Below, piece by piece: positions 13,591 through 25,425 of a stretch of DNA of 64,000 nt. The DNA is from Ruditapes philippinarum (lineage: Eukaryota): NCBI RefSeq assembly GCF_026571515.1, contig NW_026865023.1, positions 62,001 through 126,000 on the forward strand, read 5' to 3'. Both the position numbers and the translations under genes were made by a program. The notes beneath the pieces were generated by a model. That model was not told the origin of the DNA. It was given only the letters and a program-made list of their open reading frames with translations, and ran no database searches. How positions within the stretch are numbered: position 1 is the stretch's first letter; the number at the start of each line of letters is the position of its first letter.

Positions 13591-14238
13591 TAAACAGTAA
13601 GATAACGAAAAATGTGAGAATATTAGTACAGAGATAAATAAATTTACATCCGGGAAACAATTTGTGTAATATTTGTGCAATATATTACATCTCTATTATG
13701 TTATGCACGCTTTTAGTGTCCGCCTTCGTAGGTCACGAGGACAAAATGTGTGGACATCAAAGTGAGATACACCTTATCTATTTATATACATGTACATACT
13801 GTTCCAGGGTGACAACTTGACAGCTGGCTAATAGTCACGTGACTTTACTGACAAATATAGAGAGTGCGTTTTAACAGTACATTGTATATGTAAGAGCAAC
13901 TTCAAAATGTTTGACATCTAAATGATGTATCCATCTTTGTTGAATATGTCAAACACACAAGTTATCGGCGTGGGACCATTGCAAGCCCTACTCCCCAAGG
14001 TACCACCCCCAGGACCCACTTAATTACCCAAATATACTTCAACACATTCAAAATACATGTCAATACAAAATCAAACAATTCTATCAAAAAATATATATTA
14101 CTGATACTATAAACTATGTACATATAGTCACATTTAGAAAAACCGGGATCGTTTTAGTTATATAGAGATCCTGATAATTGACCACTACCCTATCATATTC
14201 AGGACAGCCGGGATCCTTTTAAAAGCATGCCGTATATG

Positions 14239-16683
14239 CAAGGGGCAGGACGTGAAGTGGTTGCACACTTGGTTCAAGCGAGCGAATTGGTTGCAAACTT
14301 GACAAAATGGCGAACACGGTGTAATTTTTTGAAACGGGTGAACGAATTTTTGCCAGGCAAGTGGGTTTCTTTGTTATTTTGAAGTTCATAAGTATGTCTA
14401 TTCCATAATGCAATATATACGCCACACTCGGTTAAAGGTTTCAGCATCCTAGATTCTGTTTTGACGAAGTTATTGAAGATATAAACTGATCATGTAGATA
14501 TTTTGAAATTTGACATGTGACTGTTCTGGTCGGTTTTTCTCCTAATTTATTCGAATTTGTAAGTTTTAAACTGCTTTTAACAATAACAAAATATGTTTCT
14601 GTCAATGCTGTACAAGTTGTTTAGTTCGCAAATCCGAAGATAACGTTCAATACACAAAAATATCTTGTTCAGGCACATTTTGGTTGCAGACTTATACTTC
14701 AAGCATTTTTGGTTGCAAACTTTTGTGTCAATAATGTGGCATGCATATTTTTAGCGAGGAATAATAATCTTTTTTTTTAAATAATTAGCAATATTAAGGC
14801 AATATTATACCCGTTCATCTAATAAGAAATATATATACAAATTGTGCATGCGTGCAGATATATCCTAACACAGGGTCTTTCAAATAATATGCTAAATTGA
14901 AGTTCAGTTGTGTTTATCTTCATCATTTTTCTCCTCGATGTACTTCTTTTCTTTTTACAAAGTCTTAAGACTTTTTTTATAACTTGGCATGACTAACTGT
15001 AAAGGAAAAGAAAAAAATAGCAACAAACAGCTTTCATAATTGTTCGTTTTAGAGATTTGAAATAAATTTGATTATATAGTAGATAAAAACTATATTAACA
15101 TTGACACAAGGGCATTATTCACATGTTTCTTTATTACTGACCAATCGAAACATCTCCCAAATTCCCTAACTCGAACAATGACTTTAAGTAGTTTTGTCAC
15201 GTATCAGTCAATGTAAATAACCAATCGTTTATCAGTTATTTAGAATACCAATTGTTTGTTTGTTTCATTTTACGCCCTTTTCCAACAGTATTTCAGTCAT
15301 ATAGGCGGGTAGTTTCCTAACAATCGTTCCTGGAGAGTTACACCAGTACTAGACTACCTTCCTCCGCGCTAAACTACCAAAGCATCTCCCGGGGATCGAA
15401 CCCACACCAGAGAGGTAACTGGATTAGAAGTCATCGACTCTAACCCCTCGAACACGGAGGCGGTTGAAAACCAATTGACATATGATATACATCAAATCCG
15501 AAATATTGTTAACAAGCATGTCATTTTAACTTTTGGTTTCTAAAAATATTTTAAGTACATTTACATACTTTATGTCTAAAGCAACTGCTGATCTTTACAT
15601 ACGAAACAATTAACATTTCTTGTGGTTTTGATAAACTTTAGAAATTTTGACGAGTAACATCGTATGTGTGCACATGTCCTTATGTTTATGATGAAAATAA
15701 TTCACTTACAGTACTTTCACATACCTTTGTTTTGTATGTAGTTTTCATTTGCATTTTACATATGATGACATATTTTAGAATTGAAGTATCAAAATATATT
15801 TTTCTGTACAGTATGCTATTTTTGTTTGCAGGCTTTTACTGATGATTATAGTATTGAACTGAGAACCATGTTATTTGAAACATTAAGTGCATAATTGTTG
15901 TAAAAGAAGAAAGAATAAATGACATTTATAACAAAAACAAGTAACAGAACATAAATGTCAATAATTTCCATTGAAAATATAATTAAATGATTACATTTAA
16001 TATGTACAAATATTTGCAGTACATATTTTACACATTTTTCAATGTTTGAAAATTGTTGTTTTAGCATAATTATATAAATATATAGTTTCACGCAAGTGTA
16101 GTATACAACCACAATTACAAAACATACAGGATCTTTAATAAAAATAACCTTCTACACTTCTTTTGCAAAGTTTTACTATGGATTTCAATAGAATAAGAAT
16201 AAGTTTGCAACCAAAAATGCTTGAAGTATAAGTCTGCAACCAAATGTGCTTGATCAAGATATTTTTGTGTATTGAACGTTATCTTCGGATTTGCGAACTA
16301 AACCACTTGTACAGCATTGACAGAAACATATTTTGTTATTGTTAAAAGCAGTTTAAAACTAACAAATTCGAATAAATTAGGAGAAAAACCGACCAGAACA
16401 GTCACATGTCAAATTTCAAAATATCTACATGATCAGTTTATATCTTCAATAACTTCGTCAAAACAGAATCTAGGATGCTGAAACCTTTAACCGAGTGTGG
16501 CGTATATATTGCATTATGGAATAGACATACTAATGAACTTCAAAATAACAAAGAAACCCACTTGCCTGGCAAATATTCGTTCACCAGTTTCAAAAAATTA
16601 CGCCGTGTTCGCCATTTTGTCAAGTTTGCAACCAATTCGCTCGCTTGAACCAAGTGTGCAACCACTTCACGTCCTGCCCCTTG
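14239..16683. mobile_element. Non-autonomous DNA transposon with ~484-bp TIRs and a 5-bp TSD (ATATG)
   Basis: 14239-14722 is a near-perfect inverted copy of 16201-16683. Termini are CAAGGGG / CCCCTTG. ATATG flanks both sides (14234-14238, 16684-16688). Confidence 0.9.
15255..15465 (-). mobile_element. tRNA-derived SINE, copy 2, nested in the long-TIR element
   Basis: Same family as the 8593 and 36858 copies. TSD GAATACCAATTG / GAAAACCAATTG. Confidence 0.85.
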
Positions 16684-16852
16684 ATATGTCAAAAGGTTGT
16701 TTATCAGTTATGTTAAGAATATTTCAAGCCAGTGTAAAGTCTAGAAGCTGTTGTATATTTGACACCAAGGGTTTGGGACCCTTACAGATCACGTGACTAA
16801 TGTATAAAGATTATAAAACCGCTACTGGTCAGGAATTTAACAAGGTGCGTCT

Positions 16853-16915
16853 ATCATCATCATCATCATCATCATTATCATCATCATCATCATCATTATC
16901 ATCATCATCGTCATT
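16853..16915. repeat. (CAT)n microsatellite
   Basis: Directly visible ATC/CAT triplet run of about 20 units. Confidence 0.95.
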
Positions 16916-17261
16916 ATAATCCCTGATAAATCAAGTTATTATAATAAAAAGAGTGAAGTCATATGAAGTGTTATATATTTTATTCTTAAGCCAAGGTTAT
17001 CAATATACGTACGGGTAAATTCTACATTCATTTATAAAATCTCCTTATTGTCATGAATAGAACCATGGAGCTAAATATAGATTGAATATATATCTGTGAT
17101 AGAACAGATGATAATATCTTTATATATGTATATATTTTGTATAACTGTGATCTATGTTGTTGGAAAAAATAAAAATAAGAAATGAATAAAAAATAATGAT
17201 TCATTATATAGGCATTCCATGTACCATGTTGTTTTTTTTGCAGCAGCGAAAACAAGTTGAA

Positions 17262-19432
17262 ATCAAAGAAGAGAAGGCGGTGAATTTGTTTGGGTCTCAG
17301 AATGTCAGAAAGGAGAAGGTTGTGAGATTATAAACCAATTTGTTTTTGTATAGTGCCACCAATGCTTTCCAGTGTTTTAACTGTAGTAAATTGGCTATAA
17401 GACTAATTGCAACACTGATATTCAATTCAATGTTTATTTGACTTAAACAACTTAAAAAAATGAGTTGCCTTAACTGGGATTTTAACTCCAGACCTCTCGA
17501 TTCCTAAGCGAGCGTGCAAACCCCTCGGGCACGGTGAAGTTATATATTAACGGCCTGAAGAAAACCATGTTATTCTAAATTAGGGTTTGTAACTCTTATT
17601 ATTTCGACGCTAAACCTGTTGTTTAACACAGATGTAAACAATCATGGAGCTAACTATAAGCATGTATATCTATAAAGAATAAAACAAATTAGAAATCTTC
17701 GACCATTCGGGAACTATTTTGCTTGAAAATTAATGCGCCTGTCATTTAACAATCTTTACGCAGTGATCTCCCCAATCTCCACACAGTGATCACCCCTTAA
17801 TTCTTCGGCGTTAGTGTACATATAAAGGGAAGTGACCGCTTCAAAAAAGCGGACTACTTTCGGCATTTGCAATTCACAGCATCAGGGTCTGAAATTTCGC
17901 TACCATTATTTGTTTGGTCTGACGACCCAAACAAATAAAAACTGCCTTATCATGAATAACTGTAATGTAGCTAACGATTTATTTATTTATTTATTCCTAT
18001 TACAAATCAAAGCACAGAAGGCGCTGAATTTGTTTGGGTCTCAGAATGTAAGAAAGGTACAGGTTGTGAGATTATATGTATAGTGCCACCAATGCTTTCC
18101 AGCGTTTTAATTGTAGTAAATTGGCTATAAGACTAATTGCAACGTTGATATTCAATCCAATATTTATTTTACTTAAACAATTTGAAAAAAAATGAGTTGC
18201 CTTTACTGGGATTTGAACTCCAAACCTCTCGCTTCCTAAGCGAGCGCGAAAACCCTTCAGCCACGGTGAATTTATATGTGAACGGCCTGAAGAAAACCGT
18301 ATTATTCTAAATTAGGGCTTGTAACGACTTTAACTGTTGTTTAACACAGATGTAAATAATCCTGGAGCTTACTATAAGCATGTATATTTATAAAGAATCA
18401 AAGGGCTGCAAGTTCTCTGGTATTTTCTGATCTTTGCAATCTAATTCGTACTGTATATCTGTATGTATTTTCCTGTATACTAGTAAGTTTATTTTTATGT
18501 ATTATAATTCATTTTGCAAGGCACCAGAGTTTGATACATACGGAATTTTGCATAACTAGAGTTGCATAAAAATATCATTTATGTTCATTTTTTACGACAG
18601 CTACACTTTATCCTTGCATATCATGGCTACTTCCTTAACAAAGACACTTAAAAAAGAATTAAAAAAAAAAAGTTTCCTCGACTGGGATTTGAACTCCTGA
18701 CCTCTCACTCACTAAGCGAGCGCGTTACCCCTGCACCTCGGAGAATTATACAATGTCTGAATAACATCAAGTCATTCTAAATTTAGAACAAACAATGTCT
18801 GCATTTCGGGTTTGTAATCCTTATTAATTTCGAGGTATTTTGTTCAGGATATTAAAGCCTGTTGTTTAAAATTGAAGTAAATAATTTAGCGAAAATCTTC
18901 TATATATTCCACTACTCGGTTTGTGTAGTATTCGGTAATCGACATCGCTAAAAATAGTATTTTCATTGATAAAATCATATTCATCCGCGTAATTTGTGAT
19001 TGTGCATTTATTGACAATATATAAGCCAACGCTATTTTTAATTTGTTGGATACTTGTAACAAAATAAAAATATTTCTTTCTTTTAAATCGCTAGTTTTAA
19101 GCTGTTTTGAGAACTACTTGTTGTTAGGTTTGTCGTAAACTTCTATGTCAGAGATTGAATACCCGCTTTGTATTTACTTATTTTCGATCAGAAAATACAA
19201 TAAAACAATATTAGAAATCTTCGACCATTCGGGAATTATTTTGCTTGAAAATTAATGTGCCTGTCTTTGGCAATCTTTACGCAGTGATCTCCCCTGAATT
19301 TTTCGGCGTTAGTGTACATATAAAGTAACCGCTTCAAAGAACTGGACTACTTTCGGCATTTGCAATTCACAGCATTAGACTCTGAAATTTCGCTACCATT
19401 ATTTGTTTGGTCTGACGACCCAAACAAATAAA
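17262..19432. repeat. Local ~0.7-kb tandem duplication carrying degenerate tRNA-like sequences on the minus strand
   Basis: 17262-17690 matches 18005-18400 and 17685-17940 matches 19205-19432. tRNA-like segments at ~17462-17537, 18194-18269 and 18672-18743 have a B-box GAGTTCAAATCCC or a variant. Confidence 0.75.
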
Positions 19433-20129
19433 AAGAAAACATTATGCCATTGCGATAAAACAGTTATAGTATATGCACATGTGCAGGAACTTGAAATTCT
19501 ATCACTATTAACGATAATATGCAAAATATACCCCCTACATACTATAAAAAATTATTTAAAGTATATAGGGGGTATATTTGGATATTATCATAAATATTGG
19601 TTATTTGATGGAATTTCAAGTTTCTGTGCTATCATACACGGACTCGGGATTCCCCCACCCACCTAAAAATTATTATTTTGTCCTTCACGCGCCTTAATGT
19701 AACGCGCAAATGATGTCACGTCAAAATATATACGAGCATGCACGTGTAACACCATTGTAAGGAGTCGTAAAAGCGACAAGGTTACCTATGTGATAAAAAT
19801 AACACTTTCAGGAACGTCAGCCAACGTCTTGACGATAGGTGTCCTTTCCGGGTAAAGATGCCGTTTTGTTAGATATCGTTTCGCATGCGTTCGAATGATC
19901 CGGAGCAAACCTTACTTTGACATGCGTTTTCGCGTTATCAGTAGAGCTAGGTAAACATTTCGATTTTTGTATTTTAAGTTGTCTAAAACTCTTGGTAAAT
20001 TGTTCACATTAGTGTTAAATTCTAGAATAAATATTTTTTTGGAAGAGTCTGGCCTATTAATTGAGGAGCAGGCAGGGTTTCGTAATGGTTATGGAACTAT
20101 CGTCGAGCTGGAACATACGATACGTACAT

Positions 20130-21480
20130 CAGGTCTAGGATTTCATGATATTTATGGACAGTCTGTTAATTTTTGGACGATCCATAATTTTACAGATTTT
20201 TTAATCTGTAAATTTACAGACATGAACTAAGAAAATAGTAGAAGTTGCATTAAAATTCAAAAACCGCAGGTAAAAATGGATAAGGTTACTTATTATATGA
20301 ATAAATGTTACGGTATGGTAAGATCCAGAACAATTGGTAGCTAAAGATACTTCAGCGAACAGGTTTTATAGTATTGCTAGACCTGTTCGCTGAAGCCAAC
20401 CCCGTATCGAAAGTCAACCAGACCCGTGACATTTTTATGTCATGCTGTAATTCAATAAATCTTCGTGATCTGGACAAAAACTATTTTAATACAGGTAGTT
20501 AGATATATTTGGGACCCTTCAGTCTATATTTTTGAACGCAGAATGTTAGATTAATGAAATATTGCCTCAAAGTTTATCAGCGGGTTCACATTTCATAAAA
20601 TTCTCCGCCATTGCTGCCCTAATTATCACGTGACCAGCGAGAATTTAGGTTCGGATACCTTTGCATGACATTTGGTGACACGTGACCTAAATGCTATTTT
20701 TAATTGAAAACATGGCTTTGCAATTATGAATAACGGTGTATTTATTCAATAAAAGACATTGTACCAAAAACATGGTTGGATTTATATTGTTTTGAGTGAT
20801 GATTCATGAATTATTTGTTTGTTTTTATATAAAATCATACACTTACTAAAAATAGTGTATGGTCCGTTACTAAAAATAGATGCTAGAATTTCCAAAACAT
20901 GAAGTCCCGCGAGATCTCATTTGAAAGCAGACTCCATATTGGTAAACATTCTCTACATATTTCTCTAAAAATAGTAGGGTACACAATGTCATTGAAGTTT
21001 CATTTAAAAACAAAACATGAATTAGTTCAAAATTGACTTGTTTATCAAATGGTATTTTTATTTGACCCAAATTTGATTAATAAGGGTGATTTTAATAGGT
21101 TTTAATGTACGGTGCACAAACTGTCAAATTCTGGTAGCCTTTGCAAATAGGGTTGACCCATAACTTTACTGTCGCAACGTCAAAATAAAAGCGGCATATA
21201 AAGTTATGGAAGCCAGAACTAAACAATTTGATGACTTTCAATTTTCACTTTTAACAAAAATTTCAAAATCATCATACAAAAATGAAACTCACCCCATTAC
21301 CTTTGTAAATATAAACAATCAATAAAACAACTTGTCTTAAGCTGCGGATTTTAGTTTAAAACTAAAAACAGCAAATTTCACATTGAATATCTCTAAATTT
21401 ATGGATTGAAAAATCTTTAAAATTCTAGACCATCTATGAATTTACGGACAGTCCGTAAATATCATGAAATCCTAGACCTG
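20130..21480. mobile_element. Non-autonomous DNA transposon with CAGG termini and a 5-bp TSD (TACAT)
   Basis: TIR CAGGTCTAGGATTTCATGATATTTA... / ...TAAATATCATGAAATCCTAGACCTG. TACAT at 20125-20129 and 21481-21485. Confidence 0.85.
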
Positions 21481-21770
21481 TACATCCCAGCGTCGAGTGA
21501 CCCGTTTTTACGCTGCCCTATTTCGACGCCATTTATATTTTGCCTCATAATTGATAGAAGCGGCCTCTTACGTCATTACTGTACTACGCTATAGCAAAAG
21601 GGGATTCCTCTAGTTTGTCAGGTAACAATATGTAGTAAGTAAGACACCCAAAGGTAATGTCATGCTTTCCTTGAAAACATCAGCTGGAAAATACCTCCCT
21701 GTCTGCTGACCTCATTTCCTCATTCTCAGGTCACATGGCAGTATAGTCCAATAGATTAGACTTTACAGGC

Positions 21771-22550
21771 TTGTTATAGCGAGCTCGACGAGCTGGCCCG
21801 AAGGGCCTGCTCGCAAAGCGAGCTATACGATAACGCGAGTACCTGCTAAGTGATGGTTTTGAAAACTTTCGTCCGAAGTACCGAATTGGACACATCGCAA
21901 CTTTTCGGATTTAAAGATAACGATAAAAACTGAGGAATTCTGACTGAAAACGGATGTGTAGACTGGTCACCCGCGCACGTCTATGGGAAACATAATTGAA
22001 CAGGGAACCAGAATAACAGAAGCTGTGTATAAAATATCGAATGAAAATTAAAAGCGCCATTTTGTTTGAAAAACGTGATAAATAAAAACAATTTTTTTGT
22101 CGAATTTTGTTGTGAAAACTATCTAGAATACTAAGAAAATTAATCCGAACACCAATATCTTTTATTCAGTCGTTAACGCTGTACAGACGTTTAAAGTATT
22201 GTTTACGTGACGTCACAATGTAGCGCCAAACAGCACGTGCAAAACAAACAAATCAAGTATGCTATTTTAATGTCGCAAACGTTTAAAGTTTTACATTTAT
22301 TTCACTTTTAATAACCGTTATTTCGCTTGAAAGTCATAGAGTGAAATAAAATAAACAAACAAAGTTTTATCAACGTTTCAAAACTCGTTATTCATTTAAC
22401 GACAGGGGCAGAGCCAAATTTAACAAAATACATGTGACGTCACACGCACTCGTCACTGCATTTGAAATAAAAATGAACGATTATTTCATACTATTTCACG
22501 TTTAAAGTACATCGAGCTCGCTTAGAGGCTTTGCCTTTTTCATATTAGTT
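21771..22550 (+). mobile_element. HINE-like non-autonomous element
   Basis: subTIR AGCGAGCTCGA at 21778, inverted at 22512. 5' hairpins, 3' short palindrome AGAGGC-TTT-GCCT, and an end in TAGTT. Confidence 0.6.
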
Positions 22551-24012
22551 TTATTTTGGTCAAGCCTGACGTCTAATAGTTATTGCTCATAAACGCGTAG
22601 CATTTTGAAAAATTAAAAAAATGTCTGTTGGCTTGCCTTTCAAGCTTTATTCAAAAGCCTATCCTCTGTTCTTTCAATTGCATGGTCTATCATTAACAAA
22701 AACTTTCAAACAATGTACTTATCAATTAAAAATAAAATAGAAATATCAGTCTATTTCGCTCATCGGCCATACTGGTTAAGTAAAGCGTTTTACAGATTGA
22801 TTCCAATTTTTTGAACGGAAAAATATATTCGAACACACTGACGGTGCATGGGCAATTATTTCGTTAAAAAAATATTCCGTTAGAAACTTCTGGACTCATT
22901 TAAACGCTTGCATTTGTATTAGCCAATCAGATTTCGCGCACTTTATGGCGGCCATTTGTATATCGGCTGTACAAGGAATTTAATTAAATGAGAGGATTTA
23001 ATCATGACTTTTCGGATGTGACAGTTAAATTATTTTGTTAAAAGGTATTAATTTTTTAGTTTTGTTTATAAATAGGTCAAAATTAATGTAAATACAGGCT
23101 GTTTTAATTGTTTAAATTCATTAGATCTAAATCGATGTCTAATGTCAATTTTTTTGCTACACGATTTTGCAAAGATCTGTTAAGACCTAACGTAACATGG
23201 AAAATGAAAAATGTAAAATATCAGATTAATGAATGATAAATATGAAATAGGTTACGTATAGGTCTTATAATTAGGACTAATGGCAGTAAAATTACCCAAT
23301 AGTGTTGTTTTGGCGCATTTTTTCACCCTAAAGCAACCTGTACGTGTTGTATATTTTTTTAACGGTTAATAATCGATGAATGAATGTTAATTGAAAATTA
23401 ATTGGATATATTTATCTTATTTGGATGGAATGAATTGCCATGATTTAGTAAGTTGCTCTGCTAAATGTGTTATTTTGCTTTTGCAGGTTCAACAAAGGAA
23501 GTTACTGTGCTATTTTCCAACCTTTATTATTCAGCAGAGGAGGTCAAACAGACTAGGGCAACCACCCAAACCACAGTAAAAATACAACAATAGCATTTAC
23601 CATATATAATTATGCTTTATTATTGAAAGAAATAAAGAATAGATAAACTATTTTTCACTTGTTGATACTTTGCAGGTCTATGCTCTTGATATTGATGAAT
23701 AGCGTAAGTAAAAGTATTATGGTGTACAGTCTCCTGTAGTGTGTAATTAAATTAGCCAATCAATAGCGTCGTTTTAGGGCACTCTCAATCAAAATGGCCG
23801 CTCCCGGATGAAGTGAAAGTAGGATTGTTCTTGAAAAGGAATAGCTGGAAAACTGCTTAAATTTACTCATTTCATAAAGGTTAGAGATTTTTTAATAAGT
23901 TAAAACATTTTATACAATACAATCACATGGTTTTAATAGACGCATACAAAACAATCCTTATGGGCGTCGAAACTGGTCACTCGAGGATACGGATCATATT
24001 TTTTCCTTAAAA

Positions 24013-25425
24013 ATGTTGATTGATATTTACTTATCGAAGAAAAAGAGATTGTATTGCTCTTTTATTGATTACAAGAAAGCATTTGATAGTATAAACCGTA
24101 CTGCTCTCTGGAGGAAATTGTTAGCACATAATATTGATGGGAAAATACTTAAAGTTATTCATAATATCTATGACAAAGCTAAGTCTTGTGTTAAAGTGAA
24201 TAATGCATTGTCAGATTCATTTGTAAGCTGTTTATGTGTCCGTCAGGTTTCTCCGATTTTGTTTTCAATTTTCCTTAATGATTTGGTTTCTTATATGTCT
24301 ACATATTGTGAAGGGTTGCAGTTTTTATCAGACCAGATAAATGAACAGTTAAGTAATGATGAAGTTGATGTATTCTTGAAGTTGTACTTATTACTCTATG
24401 CTGATGATATAGTTGTTTTCACGGAAAGTCAAACTGGCCTTCAAACAGCACTAAACTGCATGCTTGATTATTGTAAATTATGGCATTTGACTGTTAATAC
24501 CGATAAGACAAAAGTTGTTGTATTTTCTCGTGGTAAATTAAGAAATAAGCCTGTATTTTATTTCAATAATGCACCTCTAGAAGCTGTAGATGATTTTAGT
24601 TATTTAGGTGTGATATTCAACTTTAATGGTAAATTTAATAAAACAAAAAAGCACTTGACAGATCAAGCGAGGAAGGCTATGTTTAGTATTTTAACTAAAA
24701 TTAAGAAATTGTGTTTGCCAATTGATATTCAGTTACAGTTGTTTGATAGTATGGTTAAGCCAATATTATTGTATGGGTCGGAGGTGTGGGGATCTGAAAA
24801 TAATTCTATTATTTCTCAGTTTCAATTGAAATTTTATAAATATATACTTAAACTTAAGATGTCAACTCCTTCGGTTATGGTCTTGGGAGAACTAGGTGCA
24901 TTTTCATTGAAAATGATATTACTTGCAGAATGTTAAATTTTTGGAGTAAATTAGTTAATGGTAAAAATGATAAAATATGTGCTTCTTTGTACCGCACTAT
25001 GTATAATCTTCATGAAAAGGGTATTTTACATTGTCAGTGGATCGAGAAAGTAAAATCTACTTTGAATAATCTTGGTTGTTCTGATTTTTGGATAACTCAG
25101 ACTGTTGCAAATTTTAATAATTTTAAAAATGTAATAAAATCACGATTACGTGATCAGTTTTTACAAGTATGGAATAGTGATGTTTTTGATTCTGCTAAGT
25201 GTTTAAACTATAGAATATATAAAACTCAATTTAAATTAGAACATTATTTACTATGTTTACCAAGAAATTTAGCAATTGCTCTCTGTAAATTTAGATGTCT
25301 CAATTCTAATATTCCTATAGAGAAAGGTCGCTATTTTGGTATTGAAAGAGAAAATAGAACATGCTCACTTTGTAATCAGCAAGAAATAGGTGATGAATTT
25401 CATTATATTTTTAAATGTACTTATT
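24013..25425 (+). pseudogene. LINE reverse transcriptase ORF2 fragment (frameshifted)
   Basis: Motifs FIDYKKAFDS, LLYADD and FSYLG. The QG motif region is damaged. Frameshift near 24930. Confidence 0.9.

Larger units (their letters stand above)
20100..23987. mobile_element. TA-duplicating DNA transposon (non-autonomous) inserted in the LINE RT
   Basis: TA at 20098-20099 and 23988-23989. Removing the element restores GGA ACT ACG GAT CAT (G-T-T-D-H). Ends are TCGTCGAG / CTCGAGGA, with subterminal inverted TCGAGTGACC...TTTCGACGCC. Confidence 0.85.

Noticed and set aside
14219-16796. Twin ORFs MAYILHYG... (14219-14425 - and 16497-16796 +)
   Set aside because: They are chance frames mirrored by the long TIRs, start at GTG and show no protein motif.
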